Shown here piece by piece: positions 9,905 through 17,254 of a stretch of 45,013 nt of DNA (its first letter is position 1; each line of letters opens with the position of its first letter). Source of the stretch: Dhillonvirus LM40P1. The position numbers and the translations under genes are program-made. Under the pieces are notes generated by a model that was not told the origin of the DNA, searched no databases, and was given only the letters and a program-made list of their open reading frames with translations. Location of the stretch: the sequence record OZ035811.1, one strand, 5' to 3'.

Positions 9905-9965
9905 TTTGGCGCAATTCAGCGTGTGCGGTATCATTAATCGGAATAACTAAACAGGAGCATTCATT

Positions 9966-10691
9966 ATGGGTTATCAACTTCCTAACGGGTCCAGCGTCCA
10001 AATCGGGTCCGTACAGGGTGCAGGCATCGCAGTTACGGCAGCGTCGAACGCGGCGGCATCTATCAGCGACCTGACTCAAGGTTGCGTAATCACCTGCGCC
10101 GCTTCACATGGTCTGGCGGTTGGCGACGTGGTTATGTTCACGAAATCCCCGTGGGTCCGTGCGCTTAACCAGGCTTTCATCGTGGGTAAAGTAGACACCA
10201 ACGACGTGACGCTGGCGCGCTTCGACACGTCTGATACGACTAAGTATCCGAACGGTGCGTTCCAGGCAGGCACACCGGGTGAGGTCGTGAAGATTTCGAG
10301 CTTTATCGACTTCCCGTTTATCACCAACGTTGCCGTGTCCGGTGGCGACCAGCAGACGACGACCTTCCAGCCGTTGCAGGTGAATACCGCGATCAGTCTG
10401 AACACCACGAAAAACCCGTTGGTACAGACCTATACCTTCACCCACGACGAAGAAGACCCGATCCGTCCGATTCTGGAAGACCTGGACGACACGCAGAAGA
10501 CAACGGTAATTAAGTTCACTAACCCGGCAGCGTCCAGCGGTAAAGGTGAAATCCGTATCTATGCGGCTAAGGTGTCCTTCCAGAAGATTCCGTCTGCGGA
10601 AGTAAACAACGTCGAAACGGTACAATCCACTCTGACCATGCAGTCGGAAATGATGATTTACCGCAAAGACCTTGTTGAAGCCTTATCCTGA
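9966..10691 (+). CDS. major tail protein
   Basis: 241 aa ORF with CAGGAGC SD, followed by strong terminator and then chaperone/frameshift pair and tape measure. Confidence 0.6.
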   Translation: MGYQLPNGSSVQIGSVQGAGIAVTAASNAAASISDLTQGCVITCAASHGLAVGDVVMFTKSPWVRALNQAFIVGKVDTNDVTLARFDTSDTTKYPNGAFQAGTPGEVVKISSFIDFPFITNVAVSGGDQQTTTFQPLQVNTAISLNTTKNPLVQTYTFTHDEEDPIRPILEDLDDTQKTTVIKFTNPAASSGKGEIRIYAAKVSFQKIPSAEVNNVETVQSTLTMQSEMMIYRKDLVEALS

Positions 10692-10722
10692 TTTGGTCGG
10701 GTAAATGGCGAGTGTTAACATT

Positions 10723-10743
10723 GGGGGCGTAAGCCCCTTTTTT
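10723..10743 (+). terminator. rho-independent terminator
   Basis: GGGGC gtaa GCCCC hairpin followed by TTTTTT. Confidence 0.6.
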
Positions 10744-10758
10744 AATGGAGAGAATATC

Positions 10759-11121
10759 ATGGCTAAACAATCCCTTTTCACCCTCGACCCAAAACCGACT
10801 TTCAAGCTGCCGATTGAAATCCCGCGTCCGGGCGAGAAAGAGCCGGGTAAGCTGACTTTCACCGTCCGCCACCGTCCGATCGACGAGTTCTCGCAGACCA
10901 TGCAGGAGACTGAACGCAAGCTGTCAGAGTATGACCAGAATGACCCGGACGGCTTTAACGTTATGGTCGAGGCCATCATGCATGTGGCTGAAGGCTGGAA
11001 TCTGCCGGATGAGTTCACTGAAGAGAACGTACGCCGCCTGGTGGTGAACTATCCGCGTGCGTTCGGCGTGTTCCATACGTCGTACTATCTCGAATTGATG
11101 GGCTTGCGTGAAAAAAACTAA
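10759..11121 (+). CDS. tail assembly chaperone (lambda G-like)
   Basis: ATG at 10759 with GGAGAG SD; ends at slippery A AAA AAC followed by stop; position before tape measure. Confidence 0.6.
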   Translation: MAKQSLFTLDPKPTFKLPIEIPRPGEKEPGKLTFTVRHRPIDEFSQTMQETERKLSEYDQNDPDGFNVMVEAIMHVAEGWNLPDEFTEENVRRLVVNYPRAFGVFHTSYYLELMGLREKN

Positions 11122-11435
11122 TTGAGGCGGCGCGACGCTTCTATGGTCCGCCGCCACCGTCCGAAGACCTTGCCGCTAGTTTATGGGGTGCGGCCCCCGA
11201 AGATATTTGTCCGCCAGTTGCATTATGGCCTGATAACGTACAGGTCGTTGCCGTTTTCACTGACTGCTCAACGCAGTGGCGCACCGGTTTTAACGGCGCA
11301 TACGGCATCGACTACGGCGTGCTGGAATGGCTATTTAAAATGCACGGCATCGAAAATGAGAAGCGAGCTTTTAAAGATATCAAGTTAATGGAGCGTATTG
11401 CACTCGACGAAATTGCAGCACAACAGGCCGGGTAA
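10759..11435 (+). CDS. tail assembly chaperone frameshift fusion product (lambda GT-like)
   Basis: -1 frame continuation to TAA at 11433-11435 with protein-like composition; the same-frame ORF after the stop is Arg-rich junk. Confidence 0.5.
11112..11118 (+). other. programmed -1 ribosomal frameshift slippery heptamer A AAA AAC
   Basis: 0-frame codons GAA AAA AAC TAA; -1 frame is open from 11112 to 11435 and encodes a sensible protein. Confidence 0.55.
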
Positions 11436-11448
11436 TTCCGGCCTTTTT
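11426..11448 (+). terminator. rho-independent terminator
   Basis: GGCCGG...CCGGCC hairpin followed by TTTTT. Confidence 0.55.
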
Positions 11449-11452
11449 CATA

Positions 11453-11576
11453 GCGGGACGTCCTGCTTGTCCCGTTTTTGTCCCGCTGTCCCGCCCCGCC
11501 AAAAACTGCATACCTATTCAGAAATACTGCATAAAACCAAAACGGGACAAAAACGGGACAAGCAGGACGTCCCGCC
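11453..11576. repeat. inverted repeat pair (about 32 bp arms) built from TTGTCCCG/CGGGACAA iterons and GGGACGTCC
   Basis: 11453-11484 is the reverse complement of 11543-11576. Confidence 0.7.
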
Positions 11577-11599
11577 TCAAAAGTGCATATCTATGCAGT

Positions 11600-11772
11600 T
11601 TTCATGCATAAAACGAACGGGACAAAAACGGGACAAACTGCAAGCGGGACAGAGCGGGACGTCCCGCCGTCCCTGCCAGAGCTGCCGCGGGTTTCAGCCG
11701 ATCGGGACAGGCGGGACAAAGCCCAGTCTTTCAGACTAGACGGGGGTCAATGGCCCCCTCCGTCTGAGACTG
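11600..11772 (+). repeat. non-coding module copy 1: TGCATAAAAC, CGGGACAA iterons, GGGACGTCCCGCC palindrome, GCGGGTTT box, conserved hairpin
   Basis: About 170 bp with roughly 80 percent identity by eye to 39959-40131; iterons at 11 bp spacing. Confidence 0.7.
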
Positions 11773-11839
11773 AATAAGGTTGGTTGCAAAATGACTGATA
11801 CAATACAAACGGCAACTTGCATAAAAAGGGGACTGCATA

Positions 11840-14482
11840 ATGGCAGATCAAGCGGCAGGCATCACGCTAAAGGCGGATGTTGCACAAATCAGAACGGCGA
11901 ATACTGTGCTTGATTCATTCGCACAGAAATCCGAGAACACAGAAAACAAGGTTAAGAAATTAAACAACACCCTCGGCAACTCTAAAAAGGTGACGAGTGA
12001 TGCCGCTGGCGGAATGGAAAAGCTGGCGAACGAATCGCATCGAGCAGCCGATGGCATGACGAAACAGGAGCGACTCGCCAACCGGTTAGGCATGTCGACC
12101 AAAAACCTGGGCTTTGCCTCGCGTAACGCCGCATTCCAGTTACAGGATATAGCGGTTACGCTTGAGATGGGTATGCCGGTGCACCGCGTCATGCTTCAGC
12201 AGTTACCACAGCTTACGGGGGCGTTCGGTGGGTTTGGTAACACGCTGCGTTATGTTGCTGGCTTCCTCGGCCCAGTAGGGATCGGAATTGCAGCACTAAC
12301 GGCAACGTTAGGCGTAGGGGTGGCAATTACGTCACGTGCCGAAAACCAGGTAGCAGCGCTTAACAAGACGCTGGCGCTATCCGGTAACATTTCCGGCCTA
12401 ACTGCAAACCAGATCCTGGTGCTATCCGAGAACGCCGAGCGCATGGGCGGGTCGTTCCGCAAGACGCGTGACACAATCCAGGCGCTGGCGGCGGCGGGTG
12501 TGAAAGCGGGTGCAGACTTCGGCACGCTGGCGAAAGTGGTGAATGATTTTGCGAAGGCGTCCAGCCAGCCGATCGAGGATGTGGTCGCGGCGGTGGCGAA
12601 GCTGTCTACCGACCCGGTAGGTGGCTTGCGAGCATTGGCTGATAAGTATCACGTAGTAAACGAAGCGCAGATCCAGCAGGTGCAGTCACTAGTGACGGCT
12701 GGTCGCGAAACCGAAGCGGTGGCGCTGGCTAACAAAACAGCCGCAGCGTCGTTTACCACTATGACCAATGAGATCAAGTCCAACATGGGTACGCTTGAGC
12801 GGTCGATGAACGTCGTTACATCGGCAGCTAAATCTATGTGGGATGCCATCCTGGATGTTGGACGCGCGCAGTCCTCGAATGAGTCAGAGATGAAAGCGCG
12901 TGAATCATTGCAGCGACTGACCACGGCTTACTATGCCGAGATGAAAGCGGTAAACGCTGCCGGTGGGGTGATGACCGAAGCGCAGAAAGCGCGTATTAAC
13001 ATGCTTTACAGCGAACTGGTCGCCCAGGAGAAGGTGGTGGCGTCGCTCACCATGCGCAACCGTGCCGAGCGGGACAACGCCAGCGCCGCGGACGCAGCAG
13101 CAAAGGCGAACGAAGAGGCAAACCGCACCGCCCGCGACCGCGCTGCGTTTGAGAAGGAGTACGCAACCAACGCGAAGAGGCGCGCCGACGAGATCGCCCG
13201 CCTCAATTTGCTTAATAAGCGCGGCGTGATTGACGAGAAAGAGCTTGCCGAGGCGGTGAAGCAGGTAAACGAGCGTTACAAAGACCCCGCCCCGAAGAAG
13301 GCCGCCGCTGTTCGAGTCGATGCCGGGCTGAAAATGCTGGAAGTAGCACGGAGCGAACTGGCACAGCTTCGTGAGTCTGGAAAGCAGATCGAAGCCAACT
13401 CCTCGACGCAGACCCGAACGCAACGCGCGCAAGCGGCCCTGAACAAGCTGATCGCGGATAATGAGCAGTTAATCGCCGCAAGCAAAGAAAGAGCACTAAC
13501 GGCAGCCGAAAAGCAGCAGATGGTCGAATTCGGACGCGTGAAGGAAGTACGCGAGCAGATCGTCGAAGAAGCCAAATTGCTGGACGCGAAAGAGAAGCAG
13601 GTCAAGGCGCACGCGCAGATCGACGCCTTCGTTAAGAACCAGAACGCCGAGCTAAAAGCCACCGCGGCGGGCTATGCGCTTTCCACTCGCGAAGCGGCAA
13701 ACCTGCGTGAAGAATTGCAGCTAATTGACCGCCTGAAGCGGGTGGGCGCTAGTGATACCGATATTGATCTGGCGGTGTCTAAACTGCGCGAAGTGCAGGA
13801 AGCACAGACCGGTGCTAACGCCTCACTATGGGATGGGTTCAGCCGTGGGCTTAAGGATAGCGTGGATGAAATGGGTAACGGCTATACGCAGATGGTATCG
13901 GCAACGAAATTTACATTCGGCGCTATGATGAACACGATGAATGAATTTTTCGAGACTGGTAAATTCAACGCGAAGGAAATGATTAAATCCATCCTGAGCG
14001 AATTTATCAAGCTGGCTACCTCGCAGGCGTTCAAGTCCGTAATCAACGCATTCGGCGGTGACGGTGGGAAGAATGGTCTGTTCGGGGCAATCTTCTCCGG
14101 TCTGACGAAGAATGCCGACGGTGGAGCGTACGCTGGCGGCAACCTGTCCGCATATTCCGGTCAGATCGTAAGCCAGCCAACCTTTTTCAATTACGGCGTT
14201 AAGGCGTTCGCTAACGGCGCGGGATTGATGGGTGAGGCTGGGCCGGAGGCCATCATGCCGCTGAAGCGCGGGCCGGACGGTAAACTGGGCGTTGCCGCAA
14301 GTGGGGCTGGTGGTGGTATCGTCGTGACAACGAACGTGAACATGGGTACAGGGCAGGCTGACACCAGCGTTAAAGGGACCGACCCGCGAATGGGGCAGGT
14401 ATTCGGCAAGCAGATCACGGAAGCGGTTAAGGCCGAAATCGTGAAAGCGACTAAACCAGGTGGAGTACTTTACAAACGATGA
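11840..14482 (+). CDS. tail tape measure protein
   Basis: 880 aa, Ala-rich, extended coiled-coil-type central region, Gly-rich C-terminal part; position after chaperone pair. Confidence 0.8.
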   Translation: MADQAAGITLKADVAQIRTANTVLDSFAQKSENTENKVKKLNNTLGNSKKVTSDAAGGMEKLANESHRAADGMTKQERLANRLGMSTKNLGFASRNAAFQLQDIAVTLEMGMPVHRVMLQQLPQLTGAFGGFGNTLRYVAGFLGPVGIGIAALTATLGVGVAITSRAENQVAALNKTLALSGNISGLTANQILVLSENAERMGGSFRKTRDTIQALAAAGVKAGADFGTLAKVVNDFAKASSQPIEDVVAAVAKLSTDPVGGLRALADKYHVVNEAQIQQVQSLVTAGRETEAVALANKTAAASFTTMTNEIKSNMGTLERSMNVVTSAAKSMWDAILDVGRAQSSNESEMKARESLQRLTTAYYAEMKAVNAAGGVMTEAQKARINMLYSELVAQEKVVASLTMRNRAERDNASAADAAAKANEEANRTARDRAAFEKEYATNAKRRADEIARLNLLNKRGVIDEKELAEAVKQVNERYKDPAPKKAAAVRVDAGLKMLEVARSELAQLRESGKQIEANSSTQTRTQRAQAALNKLIADNEQLIAASKERALTAAEKQQMVEFGRVKEVREQIVEEAKLLDAKEKQVKAHAQIDAFVKNQNAELKATAAGYALSTREAANLREELQLIDRLKRVGASDTDIDLAVSKLREVQEAQTGANASLWDGFSRGLKDSVDEMGNGYTQMVSATKFTFGAMMNTMNEFFETGKFNAKEMIKSILSEFIKLATSQAFKSVINAFGGDGGKNGLFGAIFSGLTKNADGGAYAGGNLSAYSGQIVSQPTFFNYGVKAFANGAGLMGEAGPEAIMPLKRGPDGKLGVAASGAGGGIVVTTNVNMGTGQADTSVKGTDPRMGQVFGKQITEAVKAEIVKATKPGGVLYKR

Positions 14483-14488
14483 TAAAAT

Positions 14489-14518
14489 GGCCCTCACACA
14501 CAACGTGAGGGCTTTTTT
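14489..14518 (+). terminator. rho-independent terminator whose 3' arm contains the SD of the next gene
   Basis: GGCCCTCAC...GTGAGGGC hairpin followed by TTTTTT, with ATG at 14519 directly after the T-run. Confidence 0.55.
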
Positions 14519-15118
14519 ATGGCACAAGGTACAATCACAGTGACGAATGGTAGTAAGACCGTCACAGGCGCGGGCACAGCGTTTTTAAGCGCATTGGGTA
14601 AGGTATTCGTGCTGGCCACCATCGACGGCAACGACTACATTGCTAAAATCGCGTCATTCAACTCTAACACTTCAATCACACTGGTGGACAATTGGCCCGG
14701 ACCGACTAAATCCGGCGCTGCATACGACTTGATTGAGGCGCACGACCAGCGGGCTAATGAGTGGCCCTACTATTGGCATATGCAATTGCAAGGCGGTGGC
14801 GACGTGCAGTTATCATTCCGCACCGAAGAATTGCAATTTGGCAACGGGTACGGGCAGAACATCGCAGATGGGCCGAACGCCGAGACGAAACAATTCCCGA
14901 TCCAGTTTGTAGGCTTGACTAACGACAAGTGGAATAACCCTAAGCTGGTCTATAACTTCCTGCGCGCGCATTTTGTAAAGCCGTTTATTGTCACCGCGCC
15001 GGATGGGGAGAAGGGGCTTTACGTTGTAGAGCGGTCGAGCTTGTCGTACACTGACAACGGACACTATACGGCAACCGTATCAGCGACACTTAAAACCGCA
15101 ATTGGATTCGTGCAATGA
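14519..15118 (+). CDS. distal tail / minor tail protein (lambda M position)
   Basis: First gene after tape measure; N-terminus MAQGTITVTNGSKTVTGAGTAF resembles the N-terminus of the 21999 fiber. Confidence 0.45.
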   Translation: MAQGTITVTNGSKTVTGAGTAFLSALGKVFVLATIDGNDYIAKIASFNSNTSITLVDNWPGPTKSGAAYDLIEAHDQRANEWPYYWHMQLQGGGDVQLSFRTEELQFGNGYGQNIADGPNAETKQFPIQFVGLTNDKWNNPKLVYNFLRAHFVKPFIVTAPDGEKGLYVVERSSLSYTDNGHYTATVSATLKTAIGFVQ

Positions 15119-15903
15119 ATAAACTTTACCGTGAGGCAACGCGCTTCGACCCGTCCGGGCGCGTTCGACTGATTCACATTGATGCGCAGGACGTCGATCC
15201 TGGCGACGGCGCTATCGGGGCAGGACACCACTATTTCCACTACTGCTTTATCCCGCACACCGCGGAAGATATTGCCGCTGCCGGTGGGGATGAGTCGAAG
15301 CTGAAGCCTAAATCTCTGTTCTTTGACGGACAGGAGTATGAATTTTGGCCCTTTGATTTAACCGGCCTTAATTTCTCCACCTCAACGGCGGCAGATCCGC
15401 AGCTAACTATCGTCGATATTGGCGGCGTTATCACTCGCCTGTCACTGAATCACGACCAGCTACTGGGCGCAAAGGTTGAGGTTATCGACACGTTTGCGAA
15501 GTTCCTGGACCACGGCGAAGATCCAGACCCAACGCAAAAACGCGTACAGGAGTTTTACATTGATTCGCAGGTTGGTCGCAATCCGGGTCGACAAATTACG
15601 TTTGCGCTTTCCTCGCCTGCGGATATGGAAGGGCAGGTGGTCCCGCGCCGCCAGATCATGAATATGTGCGAGTGGGCGCTTAATGGCAAATACGCCAGCG
15701 GGGACGGGTGTACGTGGAATCTGGCGGCCCCCGGCATCAAGTATTACGACGAGCGGGGCAACGAAGTCATAGCGATGAACATGGACCGCTGCGGTGGCTG
15801 TTTGTCAGACTGTTATCTTCGTTTTGGTCAGGGGCTGGCTGACCCTAAATCGGCAGTGCTGGACTTCGGCGGCTTCCCCGGATCTAAACTTATCAAGGGG
15901 TAA
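15115..15903 (+). CDS. minor tail protein L-like
   Basis: 262 aa; C-terminal Cys cluster DRCGGCLSDC; position in M/L/K/I/J order. Confidence 0.55.
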   Translation: MNKLYREATRFDPSGRVRLIHIDAQDVDPGDGAIGAGHHYFHYCFIPHTAEDIAAAGGDESKLKPKSLFFDGQEYEFWPFDLTGLNFSTSTAADPQLTIVDIGGVITRLSLNHDQLLGAKVEVIDTFAKFLDHGEDPDPTQKRVQEFYIDSQVGRNPGRQITFALSSPADMEGQVVPRRQIMNMCEWALNGKYASGDGCTWNLAAPGIKYYDERGNEVIAMNMDRCGGCLSDCYLRFGQGLADPKSAVLDFGGFPGSKLIKG

Positions 15904-15905
15904 TC

Positions 15906-16646
15906 ATGTTAACTAAGAAAGTGAGAAGTGAGATTACCGCGCATGTCGCGTCTTGTCTGCCTGAAGAGGCCTGCGGGCTTGTCGTCATGGTCGGGCGCAA
16001 GCAGGTTTTCGTACCCTGCCTGAACGTGTTCGAAGACCCCACCGGCGCGCGCACCAGGAAAGACGCATTCACTATCAGTGATATGGCATGGATGGATGCC
16101 GAAGATATGGGCGAAGTCGTACGCGTGGTGCACTCGCACCCCGGACAGCGCGAACTAACACCATCGTTAGGCGACGTCAACGGATGCAACGGCAGCGGCA
16201 TTACCTGGACCATCGTTAACGAGTTTGGCGACCTTATCGAGATAGACCCGGAAGACCCGCCGCTGGTAGGCCGCCGTTTTGTGCTGGGTATTACTGACTG
16301 CTACGGCCTCGTCATGGACTGGCACAAGAAGAATGGCGTAAACCTGCCGGACTTCCGCGTGCCGTATAACTGGTGGGAGAGCGGGGAGAATCTCTACATG
16401 GACAACTGGTATAGCGCCGGTTTCCGTGAATGCGCTGAGAACACCCCAGGCGCAATGGTCATCATGCAGATTAGCTCCGAGGTGCCAAACCACGCAGGGA
16501 TCTACCTTCCGGGCGACCAACTGCTACACCACATCTACGGCAGCTTGTCCAGTGTTATCCCGTTCCGGGCAGGCTTTTTCCGTGAAAATGTGGTTAAATG
16601 GGTAAGACACAAAGACCTACCGGAGAAAATTGCGATATGGCAATGA
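15906..16646 (+). CDS. tail tip protein K-like (JAB/MPN plus NlpC/P60 domains)
   Basis: JAMM-type motif HSHPGQRELTPSLGD and Cys...His pattern (ITDCYG, NHAGIY) typical of NlpC/P60. Confidence 0.7.
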   Translation: MLTKKVRSEITAHVASCLPEEACGLVVMVGRKQVFVPCLNVFEDPTGARTRKDAFTISDMAWMDAEDMGEVVRVVHSHPGQRELTPSLGDVNGCNGSGITWTIVNEFGDLIEIDPEDPPLVGRRFVLGITDCYGLVMDWHKKNGVNLPDFRVPYNWWESGENLYMDNWYSAGFRECAENTPGAMVIMQISSEVPNHAGIYLPGDQLLHHIYGSLSSVIPFRAGFFRENVVKWVRHKDLPEKIAIWQ

Positions 16647-17254
16647 CCACGTTTAAATTATACGGCGTCTTAGGACGCCGTTTTGGTAAAGAGCATAAGC
16701 TGGACTGTTTCACACCAGGCGAGGGAATTACCGGTCTGTGTGTGAAATTGCCCGGCTTACAGGAATTTTTAATGTCTGCGCACCTGGACAATATGATGTT
16801 CAAAGTGCGTAAAGGCGGCCACACAATGGGAAGCACCGATGAACTGGGCGAATCCCACGGCAACCGCGTCATTACCATCGCGCCAGTTATGACGGGTGCA
16901 AAAAGCGGCTTAGGCCAATTGCTGGCTGGCGTGGCTATCGTAGTAGCCTCGTTCTATACGGGTGGTCTTGCAACTGCCGCTTTCGGAGCTTCCGCCGCCA
17001 CCGCTGCCGCGATCGGGACCGCCACATTCTCATTCGGTATGTCAATGGCGCTGGGTGGTGTTATGCAGCTACTATCACCGCAACCGAAAGGATTGCAGAC
17101 ACGCCAGGATGTTGATAACAAAGCATCGTACGCGTTCGGCGGGCCAGTAAACACGACTGCGCAAGGGACCGCACTTGGTGTATTATGGGGCGAGCGTGAG
17201 ATCGGCGGCGCTATTATTTCTGCCGGTATCGTAACTGAGGATTTACACGAATGA
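16637..17254 (+). CDS. tail assembly protein I-like
   Basis: ATG at 16637 overlapping K stop; hydrophobic Gly/Ala-rich segment; between K-like and J-like genes. Confidence 0.5.
   Translation: MAMTTFKLYGVLGRRFGKEHKLDCFTPGEGITGLCVKLPGLQEFLMSAHLDNMMFKVRKGGHTMGSTDELGESHGNRVITIAPVMTGAKSGLGQLLAGVAIVVASFYTGGLATAAFGASAATAAAIGTATFSFGMSMALGGVMQLLSPQPKGLQTRQDVDNKASYAFGGPVNTTAQGTALGVLWGEREIGGAIISAGIVTEDLHE

Noticed and set aside
9905-9935. Hairpin TTGCGCC...GGCGCAA after the 9482-9904 gene as a terminator
   Set aside because: No T-run follows the stem. It may be a minor RNA structure but not a clear intrinsic terminator.
11122-11388. ORF in the same frame as the chaperone gene after its stop (possible stop-codon read-through)
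   Set aside because: The translation is Arg-rich and nonsensical, whereas the -1 frame from the A AAA AAC heptamer gives a protein-like sequence. Frameshift preferred over read-through.
11453-11700. Possible CRISPR array because of many short repeats
   Set aside because: Repeat units are 8-13 bp iterons in both orientations with irregular spacing. There is no 25-40 bp repeat with unique spacers and no cas genes.
11398-11777. ORFs 11398-11739 and 11583-11777 in the repeat region
   Set aside because: They run through iterons, palindromes and the hairpin and have no SD. The repetitive peptide is a by-product of the DNA repeats.
13826-14527. 233 aa ORF on the minus strand inside the tape measure gene
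   Set aside because: Fully antisense to a well-supported long CDS, no SD, and composition typical of antisense reading of a GC-rich gene. The same applies to 2906-3427, 10104-10625, 12905-13432, 31649-32200, 32648-33313, 35410-35838 and 36552-37030.
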